A DNA stretch of 64,000 nucleotides. Source: Craspedostauros australis. Lineage: Eukaryota. How positions within the stretch are numbered: position 1 is the first letter of the stretch; the number at the start of each line of letters is the position of its first letter. This document shows, piece after piece, positions 33,422 to 44,999 of the stretch. Under the pieces are notes generated by a model that saw only the letters and a list, made by a program, of their open reading frames with translations, searched no databases and had not been told where the DNA came from. The stretch is taken from positions 62,001 through 126,000 of the forward strand of contig JALAGF010004754.1 of assembly GCA_030167865.1 (NCBI GenBank). Direction: 5' to 3'. Both the position numbers and the translations under genes were made by a program.

Positions 33422-35179
33422 ATGCTCCGAACAACGACAGCAACAGCAACAATGTCGCGGGGCTGGAGTCGGCACGGTGTCGTCTCGAGTGTCGCCACAG
33501 CATCAGCGGCTGTGGACGCGGCAATGGCTGTGATGACCCCGCGGAATACTGCTGCAGCCGCTGCTGCCACGCAAACTGCAGCATGCTCAAGATCATGGTT
33601 CGTTGTCGAAAGATCTCATCACATCACCAAGCGCTCCTTTCAGACTTCCGGGTTCTCGCAGACCACAACGCGTTTGCGGTCGGCACACAACTTCTCGTAT
33701 GGTCTGCGCCAACCGTCGTCGCTTCGTCACTTCTCAAGGACGGCAGTCGTCAGCGATATCAACGACGGTGCAAATGTAAACCCAAACGCAGCTGACAACC
33801 GTCCCGCCCAAGAAATCCTGGATCAATGCTCCAACCTGTACGATTCGCTGACATCTCTCAACGACAAGATCGGCGGGACGGCCATCCCTCCATCGTCCGA
33901 TCGAGCAACGTCGTTGCCGTTCTGCTTGCTGGTTGGCAACCATTCCTCCGGAAAGTCCTCATTCATCAACTACATCCTGCAGCGCAACATCCAAAAGGCT
34001 GGAGTGGCCCCGACCGACGATACCTTCACGGTGATCGCGCCCTCGGTCGATGGCGAGGATGCCGACGCCGATGGCCCGACCCTGGTTGGAAATCCCGATC
34101 TGGGATTCTCCTCCCTGCGACAATTCGGCCCAACCCTGATCCATCACACGCAGCTCAAGGTCAGAACCTCGCCGCTGGGTTTCATGCTGGTGGATTCGCC
34201 AGGCATGATCGATGCACCCACCAACACCCATCCCAATTCTCGCAAATCCGACTACAAGATGGATCGGGGCTACGACTTCCAGAGCGTCGTGCGGTGGCTG
34301 GCGCAACGAGCCGACGTGGTCCTCCTCTTCTTCGACCCGGACAAGCCAGGAACGACGGGCGAGACCATGAGCGTCCTCCTCAATTCGCTGTCGGGCATGG
34401 ATCACAAGCTCCTCATCGTGCTCAACAAGGCCGATCAGTTTCACAAGATCCACGACTTTGCGCGCGCCTACGGTTCTCTGTGCTGGAATCTATCCAAAGT
34501 GATCCCACGCAAAGACCTCCCGCCCATCTTCACCATGTGCCTGCCAAGCTCGGGTGACGACGACGCAAAAACGACGCTGTCCTCCAGCCTCAGCGACTTG
34601 GAGCACACGCGTGACGACGTCGTCGAGCAGGTCATGCAGGCCCCCAAACGCCGCGTGGACAACGTCATCACAAACCTGTACGATTCCACGAGCATGCTCG
34701 TCCTCTACTCCAAGGTCTGGAACGACGTTGCCAACCGGTACCGCAAGGAATGGCGCGGCTGCCGTTTGCAAGAGGCCGCCCTGGTCACGGCGGGCGTCTC
34801 CGTCTTTGGCGCTCTCAACTACCTCGGCATTGACCCCACCATTCAGGGCGGCGTTCTGGGTTCCGGTATCCTCGGTTCCGGCGGATTGTTCTGGTACCAC
34901 CAATTCGTGCTGAAAGGTCTGAGGGAGCGCCTCACGTCGGCCGAAAGCCTGGCGACGTCCTTCCAGCGCACACACAGCAGAGAAGTGCAGGACGCTGACG
35001 AGTTCATCGCCAGCCTATGGCAGCGCGTGCGAGCCAGCCTCAAGCGCTCGCTGGATGATGCGTTCGATGGCGGTGCCATTCCATCATCCGTCACGGCCAA
35101 GGAGTTGGAACTGCTGGAGAATATCCTGACGACGGAGATTCCGAGGCTGAGGCGGATCGCAAGTGACACCAAGTACTGA
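33422..35179 (+). CDS. EHD/sarcalumenin-like dynamin-superfamily NTPase without an EH domain, with C-terminal hydrophobic segments
   Basis: P-loop GNHSSGKSS, PTDD, DSPG, DRGYDF, LNKAD, RAYGSLCWNLSKV (EHD signature). Arg/Ser/Thr-rich N-terminus; start at 33422 or 33452. Confidence 0.85.
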   Translation: MLRTTTATATMSRGWSRHGVVSSVATASAAVDAAMAVMTPRNTAAAAAATQTAACSRSWFVVERSHHITKRSFQTSGFSQTTTRLRSAHNFSYGLRQPSSLRHFSRTAVVSDINDGANVNPNAADNRPAQEILDQCSNLYDSLTSLNDKIGGTAIPPSSDRATSLPFCLLVGNHSSGKSSFINYILQRNIQKAGVAPTDDTFTVIAPSVDGEDADADGPTLVGNPDLGFSSLRQFGPTLIHHTQLKVRTSPLGFMLVDSPGMIDAPTNTHPNSRKSDYKMDRGYDFQSVVRWLAQRADVVLLFFDPDKPGTTGETMSVLLNSLSGMDHKLLIVLNKADQFHKIHDFARAYGSLCWNLSKVIPRKDLPPIFTMCLPSSGDDDAKTTLSSSLSDLEHTRDDVVEQVMQAPKRRVDNVITNLYDSTSMLVLYSKVWNDVANRYRKEWRGCRLQEAALVTAGVSVFGALNYLGIDPTIQGGVLGSGILGSGGLFWYHQFVLKGLRERLTSAESLATSFQRTHSREVQDADEFIASLWQRVRASLKRSLDDAFDGGAIPSSVTAKELELLENILTTEIPRLRRIASDTKY

Positions 35180-35542
35180 ATTTGGAGGAGACGACTTGCC
35201 GTACGCATTCGCGGGCAACCTTGTGCGATAGCAGACATGGCAGAGCGGATGGCTATGCGTGTCCAGCAGAATGAGGAAGCGCGGCATTCTTTGGCAACCA
35301 CATCCACAACGTCATGCCACATCATTCTCGTGTCGACAATGCCCCATGCATTCTCCACCACTTTCTGCACTAACTCAAATAGAGCACATCGTGATGAAAG
35401 TGAAGTATTGTGGAGTAGTTGTAATGCAGAGTAAAGTCGAGAAACTAATTGGAGGACTCTATTACTTCTCTATCCGCGCTACGAATGTACGAGTATACGA
35501 GCATATGGTAGTACCTTGCGAGCAATGTCGCCCTTGGGCTTT

Positions 35543-36172
35543 TCACATTCCTCCTCCCCGAAGCTGCAACACCATGTGGATGGTGGCACCAGCGGCAATG
35601 TTGTACGATTCGAGAGTCTTGTCGTCTGCCAGCTGCTTTCCGGAGTGGATTAATCGGATCTGGTCCACCTGGATACCCTCCTTCTCCTGCAGAGCCTGCT
35701 TGACGGAGAGAACCTGGTTCTCTGGCTCAAAGTTGAATGCCTGTTTGCGGCCTGTCAGCGTCTTGATGAAAATCTGCGGGCAGTCGCAGGCATCGTTGTG
35801 GTCGTTATCGTCGTTGTCATCGTCATCGCAATCGTCATTGTCATCGTGGATTTTTATTTGGTTCAGAGAAGAAACATCAAGAAATGGAGAACATTGCAAC
35901 AAGCGCCAAGTAACAGGCAAAGGAGAGGAAATCATGAGTTGAGGTTGGGGGGGAATCGCATGCACAACACTCGATTCAAGGGTGAATGGAGACTTCTCGC
36001 TCCGGTCTGCTCTGTTCCATTTCGACGGCCAATGCGCACCCGATGCTTATGTGGCCAGTCCGTGTTGAAGAGGGAGAATGCCTTCGTGCACCGGGAACAG
36101 GAACCTCCCGTCAAATCCAAATGGCTGCGACCAAGATACCATCTCGGAGCAAGTTCACATGCTCACCTGCAT
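35543..36172 (-). CDS. NEDD8: NEDD8/RUB1 ubiquitin-like protein; exons 36172-36167, 35773-35543
   Basis: ATGCAG|gtgagc first coding exon and ccgcag acceptor give [10 protein letters not shown]...[20 protein letters not shown]...[11 protein letters not shown]. Position 72 is not Arg, so this is not ubiquitin. Confidence 0.88.
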
Positions 36173-36813
36173 TGTTGTTGATGGGTTGTTGCTTTATGCT
36201 TTGCGTCTATTGAGATTACGTGCTAATGTTGCGTGTTGCGTGCTGCGTGCTGCGTGCTGCGTGCTGCGTGCTGCGTGTTGTGGTTGTTGGTCCAGTGGTC
36301 GCGTTGAATGCAAACGTGTTGTTGATTGTGTCAGTGATTGTGTTGGGGGTGGTTTTGTGGGCAGACGATCTCAGGAGGTCTGTTTCTTGCGTTGGTTTCC
36401 GCGATGTTTGCTGCTGTTCCCGCCACGTCTGTGCGAGGAGGTTCTGTTCGTTTCGTTTCGTGTGGTTGTTGTTGCAGAGCGAAGCGTGGGAAGAAATTGA
36501 TTCGTCTGACCGAGATTCTCGCCATGACCCCATTTCATCCACGATGATCCACACGTTTGGAGCCACGACATGCACAACTTCACTCCAACAAAACACGATG
36601 AGACAACTTGTCCACGCTCGAGGACACACGAGCAATCTTCATCGCGGAATGTCCTCGATTTCATGGAATCGGCAAAGAATGAAGCGCCCTCGCTCGTACA
36701 CACTCCACTCCACTCCGCTGTGCCTCGCTGTACTGTACCCGAATCGACTCTCTATCTCGACCTATTATTCTATTATATAATATATGATATGATATTATAT
36801 GTTGTTACAGTTT

Positions 36814-37995
36814 CTAGTTGGTTGCCTGACTGCGAATGCTCCGACATAGCGTAACCACAGCATCGTGGACCTTCACCATGGATCTCATGTATGGTTGGTC
36901 GTTGAGAGAAACACCGCTGCGATCTTGTTCAGGTCCATTGATTGGAGTGCGCGTGTCACCCGTCCCCGTTTCCTCCTCCTCTTTTTTCTTCTTGTAGACC
37001 ATGTTCACAAGATCATCAAAGGCTTGGTCATCTTTCATTTGGAGCAGGGGTTGAACATCCGCCCTCCAACTGCTTCGGTCATCATAGTCCCAGCATCCCA
37101 CGAGGCTCTTGGGCCGCATCATCAGCTGCGAATGCAGCGTGTGCAACTGGGTTGTGTACAGGTGGATGGCCCCCAGCACATCCGTGTTGAAGTTCCGATT
37201 CAATGTCGTGGATTTGATGACCGCGTATGGGTTGCGGTAGATGTACACGTGCTCACACGTCACGCCGGCCATATTGCATGCCTCGTACCACACATCGAGG
37301 TTGGGATACATGAGAGCCCGGCATGGATTCAGGAAGTTTGGATAGGACATGACGCCGAACTCGTTCCCACCCGACAGGAAGTTGACGGGGAACACGATAT
37401 CATCATCGTCAGTGTGGCCAGGCCCCCCAGCATCACCATTTGGTTTGATCTGCGACTTGACATGCTCGGACATTTCTGTGAGCAACGCTGCGAGGTCCTG
37501 CTGAGCTTGCGTCGTGTTGGACGCGGGGTCGGTATCTGCCCATTTGCACGGCGCACTCCAAAGCCCGCCCCACCGTTGCCTCTTGTGCCGGTACAGCAAG
37601 CGCATGAGTCGCTTCGAGAAGTTGGGATACAGCTCCGTTTCGACGAGCCTGCTGCGGACCGCAGAAGCCTTGATGAGGTCCTGCCAGAAGTGGTGACCGG
37701 TTCCCTCCAACCCCAGGAACATGACGAAACGCAGCGGGCCGTTCGATCGCGGTTGTTGCGCATTGACCGCATCGGGATCCATCTGGCCAACGGCAGCGAG
37801 CGACGCGCTCATGAACTGCTCGTAGTATCCGTAGTCATGGCTCTGCCTGACATACAGCAGGTATGCACCGATGACCAGGAGCAGAAGGAGGATGTGAAGC
37901 CATCGTGATCCTGCACCGCGAAAGCACCACACTCCTATTCTCTTCACAAAGCTCTTCTGCAGATTGCTTCGTTGACGCAGCTGGTTTATTCTCAT
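36814..37995 (-). CDS. Type II membrane protein, sulfotransferase-like (P-loop fold)
   Basis: N-terminal TM WLHILLLLLVIGAYLLYV; FVMFLGLEGTGHHFW (5'-PSB-like loop); YIYRNPYAVIKS (3'-PB-like RxPxxxxxS). Start uncertain. Confidence 0.6.
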   Translation of the reverse strand: MRINQLRQRSNLQKSFVKRIGVWCFRGAGSRWLHILLLLLVIGAYLLYVRQSHDYGYYEQFMSASLAAVGQMDPDAVNAQQPRSNGPLRFVMFLGLEGTGHHFWQDLIKASAVRSRLVETELYPNFSKRLMRLLYRHKRQRWGGLWSAPCKWADTDPASNTTQAQQDLAALLTEMSEHVKSQIKPNGDAGGPGHTDDDDIVFPVNFLSGGNEFGVMSYPNFLNPCRALMYPNLDVWYEACNMAGVTCEHVYIYRNPYAVIKSTTLNRNFNTDVLGAIHLYTTQLHTLHSQLMMRPKSLVGCWDYDDRSSWRADVQPLLQMKDDQAFDDLVNMVYKKKKEEEETGTGDTRTPINGPEQDRSGVSLNDQPYMRSMVKVHDAVVTLCRSIRSQATN

Positions 37996-38439
37996 TGCTC
38001 TGCAACTCTGACACTCTGACACTCTGTTGTGGCCATGTCTCAAGAGACGAGCACGGGATGGAGGATGGGAGACGCGGGATGAAGTGTCGCGAGGGTTGAT
38101 GGTCACAACAAGCGAAGCGACAACCATGAACAGACAACAACACCACATCCTCTTCGCAGCACCAAGAGGATTGAACAATTTTGTGTCGTGGATACGACCA
38201 CTTCGAGTACACCAACCACCAACCAACCAAAAAATGAGATTCGGGAACAGATCATCTCCGTGGTCCTCATCTCGGCTCCACCAACACCACCAACGCTGTC
38301 GCAACCATCTCCACCACCACCTTCTACCTCGACTCTACTTCTCACTTATAGTCGTATGCGAGAGAGCGGCAACACACATTGTTATCCAGCAGCCAAGCAG
38401 AAGTCTCGAACAATACTCTCCAACAGCACCGGCGACATC

Positions 38440-40896
38440 ATGGGCAAGCAGCAGCAGAAGAAACGCAAGGAAGAGGAGGCCGACGAGCAAGGCAAGGCCG
38501 CCAAGCGCCCGCGCAATGTGAACGTCGTGCTGGAGGAAATGCCAAAGTCCTCCCACTACCAGATCTCCTTCATGCACAAGGGCATCGTCACGCACGTTGC
38601 GTCATCGGCGAAGCACGGGTACGTTATCACCGCGTGCACGGAGGGCGTGATCAAGTTCTGGAAGCGCAGCTCGGCGGTCCTCGAAAAGAAGCCGGATGGG
38701 GCTCCACCCAAGAAGGAGGACGAATCCACAACGGCGTGCCTAGAATTCGTCAAGTCCTTCACGGCGCATATCGGGCCGATCATTTCCCTGCTGGTGGATC
38801 CCTCGCAGGACACCGTGGCCTCCGTGGGCAAGGACGGGACCATCAAGCTCTACGACGTCTCCACCTTCGATGCGACCTCCATGCTGCGAACGCAGAACTC
38901 TTTCGCTCCGGCGGCCACATTCCTGCTCGACGAATCCCAAGATCTGCTGCTGGCCATCGCCGATAAGAATTCGGGCAAAATCTTCGTGTACTCCGTCGGG
39001 ACCCTGGAACTTGTGCAGGAGCTGTCGTTGCATTCGAAGCCGGTCACCGCCTTGGCCTACAACAGCGAACGCAAATGCTGCGTGAGCACGGACGAGAAGG
39101 GCACCATCGAAATCTGGGACTGCACGTCGGGCACCAAGCCTGGCGAAGTGGTCGGCGCGGCATGCTCCCCAAAGAACAACAACGTCACCTTCACCTCCAA
39201 GATGGACACTGATCTGTACGGACTTGCCAAGAAGGGAACCTCCATCCTGTCGCTTTCCATGTCCAAGAATTACTTTTGCGTCTTCGGGTCGGACTTCAAG
39301 GTGCGCCTGTACGAGGTTGCCACGGGCAAGATGGCCGTGCGATACGATGAGCGGATAAGCGTCTACACCTCCAAGTTCGCTTCGTACGACATGGACTCCA
39401 TCGAATACGGCAAGCGAGCTGCCACCGAACGCGAGATGATGGACCAGTCCGACCTTCCCACATCCAACCTCGTCCAACTCGATCCGACGGAACGGTACAT
39501 GATCATTTCGACCATCGTGGGGATGAAGCTCATCGACTGGCGAAAGAACAAGGTCGTCAAGGTCATTGGCAAGGCAGATGCCAGCCAGCTGCGGTTGCTC
39601 TCCTTCTGTCTCTGCCTCGGGGACCCGAAGGTCAATCAACAGATGAAGCTGGCGCTCAGTTCTGGAAGCTCCAGCGCCGTCGGGGAGAAGAAGGAGAAGG
39701 TCCAGCAATCCATCCTCATCGCGCTCGCGTACCAGCAACGTCGATTCTACGTCTTCTCGCACCACGACCCGCTGGAGGCCGACGACGCAGACGGAGCCGC
39801 CAGCCGCGATGTGTGGAACGAGGCCCCATCCTCGCAGGACAAGATCCTGGGCATGAGCGGAGGCCGGGCGGCTGGCGGGGCGCAGAAGGCTGGATTTTCC
39901 TCCGCAATCCTGCGCACCAGCGTGGGCGATGTGCATATCAAGCTGTTCCAGGAGGTGCCGAAGACGTTGGAGAATTTCTGCGGCCACGCACAGGCGGGAT
40001 ACTACGACAACGTCATCTTCCATCGCATCATCAAGGGATTCATGCTGCAGACGGGCGACCCGCTTGGTGACGGAACTGGCGGAGAGTCCATTTGGGGAGG
40101 AGAGTTTGAAGATGAATTCGTGCGAGAGTGAGTCTTGTCCTGTGGATGCATGGGTGGGGAGAGAGGGGCCTGGCGTTGGATGTTGCAAAACTATGATCGA
40201 ACGTTTGCCCTGACGATGCTCTGAATGATTCGTACAACGTACAACGCATTCCATGTGCCTTGTGTATGCTCGCGTCTCTGGTTTGTCCTGTGTCACTCTG
40301 TGTTCTTCGCTTGTTACTCACACCGACAACAACTCTGCCTTCATTTTTTCCATTTGATTTCTTCCAATTCCATTCTATCTGCAGCCTTCGCCACGATCGA
40401 CCATACACCGTATCCATGGCCAACGCTGGTCCAAACACCAACGGATCCCAATGTAAGTTCACACAATTGGCAAAGACTGAATATGAGTATATTCGTTCCT
40501 GGTTGGTTGGTCTGTGAAGCGTGCTGAAAAGATACGAGGAGTTCACACGAGTACCAACATGCATGCATCCCGTCCATCTGACACACTGCACTTGCACCAC
40601 CTGTGCTCTTTCCTTCTCTTTCTTGTTGCGCAATTTGCTCTATTCTGCCTGTGCCAAACATGGCCAATACCTGCTTGTATTGTATCATGCACAACATGCA
40701 CTTCCTCCGTCAACACATATTCACAAATACAGTCTTCATCACGACTGTTCCAACGCCATGGCTTGACAACAAGCACTCCGTCTTTGGCCGAGTCACGAAG
40801 GGTATGGACATTTGCAACATGATCGAGAATGTGAAGACCGACACGAACGACAAGCCGCTGGATGAGATCCGTATCTTGAGCATCGACGTGGAGTAG
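38440..40896 (+). CDS. PPWD1: WD40-repeat cyclophilin (PPWD1/CYP71); exons 38440-40127, 40385-40452, 40733-40896
   Basis: [31 protein letters not shown]. Cyclophilin domain PKTLENF...[33 protein letters not shown]...[18 protein letters not shown]...[12 protein letters not shown]. Both introns join in frame. Confidence 0.96.
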
Positions 40897-41498
40897 AGGA
40901 GAGGAGAGTCTCCCCCAGTTGGTCTTGTGGAACTTCTGCCGACACGATGGTGTTTGACGATTCAAAGCATCCCGTATGGTGTAGTCGCACAAACGAAGGA
41001 ATGGCAGCCCGATGCTGCCGGTAACGAAAGCAGTTGTATAGCTCCATACATATCAGAGGCGCAACGTATTGTCATAAGTAGGGTACTCCATTCAATTGTT
41101 TTGCAGCAAGCATGGCAGGTACCACAGCAGCGAGAGTCTTCAAGGATAAATGGAATAATCGGGAGGCAAATCTGGTGGACCTAGTTGTCATCGTGCTCGC
41201 AGTCTGCGACCAACGCTATCTGGGACGAAGCAATCGTGTTTGTTTGTCGGCTTGTGTCCCGTGAGTTCAACGAGACGGGACTCACCAAAAGACGAGAAAG
41301 TCACAACGACTGGCACGCAAATGCCAATGCCAGAAACGCAACCGGTGCGGAGGCACAACATTGAAGACCAAGCCTCGGGAGGGGGAGCAAGAACAACAAA
41401 AGCAGCAATACCGACAGCGGTCGCAACTTACCCAGATCATTGTCAAACCAAGCCGAGCTAAGAGGAGGTTTGCGGTCAAGGACGTTAGTACTACAAGC

Positions 41499-43022
41499 AT
41501 GACGAAGAAATCATCATCAATACTGGCAGCACACCACCGTGGCAGCCTGAGATGCCTGCTGTCTCTGCTGGCAGTTGGAACCGCTCTGCTGGGAGGATGT
41601 GCTGATGCAAAGACCGTGTCCGGTGATTTCAAGCTCTCAGGTCTCATGACGGAACACGTGATGGGATCGTTCGCGGTCGCCGCGGGCCACACGGGTACAA
41701 TGACGGTGGATTTGATATCGAAGGACGGGCCTTACAGTGCATTCAGCGCACGCATGTACAAGGACGACGAGTGGCCGAAATTCAAGAAGGCGTTGCTGTG
41801 TGACCAGAAGACCAAGCTGGCTTCCACTACCGAACCTGTGGTGTTCGCCCGCGACCGCAAGAGTCCTGGGCAACACAAGGCGCACATCGCGATGAAGATG
41901 GACAACTCGAAGGGCGACCGTCCTCGATACTACTATTTCGCAGTGGATGAATGCCAATTGGAGATGTACATGCATGATGCCCAGGTGCCGAAGGTCCACT
42001 ACAAGGTGCAGACCTGGGACGAGGGGTCGCATCTGTCGGCGGATGAAAATCATCTCATCACTCTGCACACCATGACGATGCTCTTCAGCGGCATCCTGGC
42101 AACGTTGCTCGGCCTTTCCATCATGGTGCAGATGATGCAGAAATCTTCCGTCCATGCCGCCATGTTCCTCGTCACGGCGGCCGCGATATGCGACTCGGCA
42201 TCGAGTATGCTCGAGCTCATGCATCTGCGCGCTTACTCTTCCAACGGCGTGGGCAGTTACGCGCTGGACGCGCTCTCCGCTCACATGGAGGCATTGTGCG
42301 ATTCGATGGTGACCTTGATGCTGCTCTTCGTGGCTTCGGGATGGACTCTGCCATCCGACGTGATTTCCGTGCAGCAGAATGCAACGCTCGTGCAGAAAGT
42401 CATTGGCGGTCTGCAGAATCCATTCAGAGCGTTGGCCAGCGGCAGCCCGGGGGCAGTGTTTGCGATGTTCATCATCGCGGCGCATCTCATCCTTGCGCAG
42501 TGGGGGAGAATTTACAACGACGACTTTGACTCCTACCACGATCTGGAGCACTTGCCAGGGACCATGCTCATGCTGCTCCGCATGTTCCTCGGCCTTTGTC
42601 TCATCATCTGCTGCTTTCAAACCAGGAGCAGATGCCCCATCTCGCTGCATGGCTTCTACGTCAAGCTTGCGATCGTCGGCACGGCTTGGTTCCAGTCGTT
42701 GCCCATCGTCATCTGGGCATGTAACGCATTCGTCTCGTATCATCTGCGTCATGCTGCGGTTGGCAAGTGGTGCGCGATCGTGCAGACATCGTCCCTGGTG
42801 CTTCTATCATGGCTCGTCACATCGCAATCATCATCATCGTACCACAAGCTCAGCCACATGTCATCCGGCAAGGACAATTTAACAGAGAGCCTCAGCGGAG
42901 CAGGTGGCGGTGATATCGGTGCAGACAGTGGTGGTGGTGGTGGCAGCGGTGGTATCCTTGGTGGTGCTGCTAGCAGGGGCCTCACGTTCTCCATGGGGAA
43001 ATCCAAGGTTCGGCTGGACTGA
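41499..43022 (+). CDS. GPR180/TMEM145-like seven-transmembrane protein
   Basis: Signal peptide; lumenal domain RPRYYYFAVDEC...HLSADE; YSSNGVG; ASGWTL; about 7 hydrophobic helices; WFQSLP. Confidence 0.8.
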   Translation: MTKKSSSILAAHHRGSLRCLLSLLAVGTALLGGCADAKTVSGDFKLSGLMTEHVMGSFAVAAGHTGTMTVDLISKDGPYSAFSARMYKDDEWPKFKKALLCDQKTKLASTTEPVVFARDRKSPGQHKAHIAMKMDNSKGDRPRYYYFAVDECQLEMYMHDAQVPKVHYKVQTWDEGSHLSADENHLITLHTMTMLFSGILATLLGLSIMVQMMQKSSVHAAMFLVTAAAICDSASSMLELMHLRAYSSNGVGSYALDALSAHMEALCDSMVTLMLLFVASGWTLPSDVISVQQNATLVQKVIGGLQNPFRALASGSPGAVFAMFIIAAHLILAQWGRIYNDDFDSYHDLEHLPGTMLMLLRMFLGLCLIICCFQTRSRCPISLHGFYVKLAIVGTAWFQSLPIVIWACNAFVSYHLRHAAVGKWCAIVQTSSLVLLSWLVTSQSSSSYHKLSHMSSGKDNLTESLSGAGGGDIGADSGGGGGSGGILGGAASRGLTFSMGKSKVRLD

Positions 43023-43740
43023 TTCCTTGGAATCCCTCCAAGTACAGATTCCTCGAGAGAGCACATCGCTTGTCACTGGTACGTGTGTAGTGCATAGAGA
43101 GCTCGCAGCCGACGTCAAGACGGCGCCCAGCTGGTCAAGACCACCCCCACGAGGAAAGATCCCTTAAATTCTGTTTTTCAGCACCACAATACAAATTCTC
43201 AGGGAGATACAAGTTTTCAGAGAATACTCTCCAGTTTCATGACACAACAGGAGTGCTCTTCAGGCGCATTCTCGAGCGTATTAGAGAATATGGTTGTGTA
43301 CTTTCTCTCTGGAGAATGACTGGTGGCCATGCGTCGGCTGCATTTGCGAGGTTACTGCTTCTATTGCGGGCAGGGATAGGGAATAGTTTACGAAGCAGAG
43401 TAGGACTTGATATCGTTCGTCAGGGCTAATTGGTCCGTTTATATTTGTGCGTCCGTCAAATGGTGTGTTGACCGTATGTTTGTTTACTGTCAATCTCATC
43501 CGACCGTTGGTAACTCCCAGCACATCCGCACACATCACAGACCCGGAAACAAATGACAGCAACAACAACAAAAAAGTGAAACAACACACACGCACCTCAA
43601 ATTCAAACAATTGTCGACATCAACAAGGAACGAACAGCACGCAAACGAAAAGGACCGAGTCCTTTGTCATTAGGCTGCACACAAATACTCAACGATTGCG
43701 TCCCATCGGAAAGACGTGTTGGACAGGATCCGGCATCACC

Positions 43741-44379
43741 ATGTTACCCACCAGAGTCCTCGCTCATTCTTTCACCACGTGCGTGACACAGCACAACCCG
43801 CAGCGAGGTGCGTACTCCATGTCATTGAAATACGCGTCGGACGGTGACACAGACTTCTCGTTGCCACCAAGCGATGATGGCCCGGCTGTGCCGTTTGAAT
43901 CCATCGACGTTCTCGGAACGGACGAGATTGTGGGTGGTGTGATTCTGGCGGTCCTGCTAGCATTCACGGCATCCTTCCTGCAGGGTCGTCGATCGCAGAA
44001 CGATTTCGTGTTGTGGGAGAGGAAAGCCGAAGACAGCGAGGGTTTTGAGAGCTCCAAGAGGAACAACACGGATAGGGTCGTGTTCGACGCAGAATCATGG
44101 CAGGAGATGAGCCAGCCTGACAACTACGTGCTGTACCAAGATAGAATACGCAAGTCGAAGGAGCGATCGTCACGGCCAAAGACTCTGTCTCCGTCCTCAG
44201 TGTCGAACATGGACGTGGAACAACGGATCGTTCTCGTGCTGCTCTTGGTGCTCTTTATGCCAATTTTCTCGGTCGAGCTCTTTTTCGCGCTGAGCCGCCA
44301 AGCAATTTGTAACATCGACGGCACCAGCATTGCGCCGGACTGGGTCAATGGTCTTTGTTCACCGTACACTGGCAGATGA
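43741..44379 (+). CDS. Hypothetical two-TM protein
   Basis: Open frame with two hydrophobic segments (GGVILAVLLAFTASFL; IVLVLLLVLFMPIFSVELFF) and coding-like composition. Start uncertain. Confidence 0.6.
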   Translation: MLPTRVLAHSFTTCVTQHNPQRGAYSMSLKYASDGDTDFSLPPSDDGPAVPFESIDVLGTDEIVGGVILAVLLAFTASFLQGRRSQNDFVLWERKAEDSEGFESSKRNNTDRVVFDAESWQEMSQPDNYVLYQDRIRKSKERSSRPKTLSPSSVSNMDVEQRIVLVLLLVLFMPIFSVELFFALSRQAICNIDGTSIAPDWVNGLCSPYTGR

Positions 44380-44999
44380 TCGTGGGCGGTGGCTGTAGAT
44401 TATTAGACGTCGGAGTAAACGTACATACAAAGCCCAACTTGAAGAGATCTTCCGTAATCATACTTAGACACATTATACTATTCTATCATAGGGGACGCGC
44501 ACTTTCCCTTCTCTCTCAAACGAACAAACCAAGCCTGCCATTATGTCATGGCTTGGGGGGAGGCCAATTTTTTGGTAACTGCTGGTAACACTACTATTTG
44601 GTCGTACGCGTCATTTTGGCTGCAAACGCTGGCACCTTGTGCGCACCAGTCCCACGCAAAGCGGCCCAAAACCACCTTTTCTTTCACAAACCTCCTTGGC
44701 AAGTCTATGCCCCTCTGTTCATTTGAGCTCTCCTTTCGTGACCACTCTGGTGTGCAGCTTTTCATCGTCCTCTCCAACTTTGGTGGTGATTGGTTGGATA
44801 GTTGTCGAGATCTGCTCGCTTCTCTGGACCCGCCACTCGTTTTTCATTCACGAATGCCCATCACCACAATGTACCTATCGTGGAAGATTTCGGTACAACC
44901 CTGTGGTGATCATCTTGTTTCATCCTGGAACTATCACGAATGCTCAACATTACAATGTATCATACATTCCGTTCATAGTATGTTAATGTAGTTAAGTTC

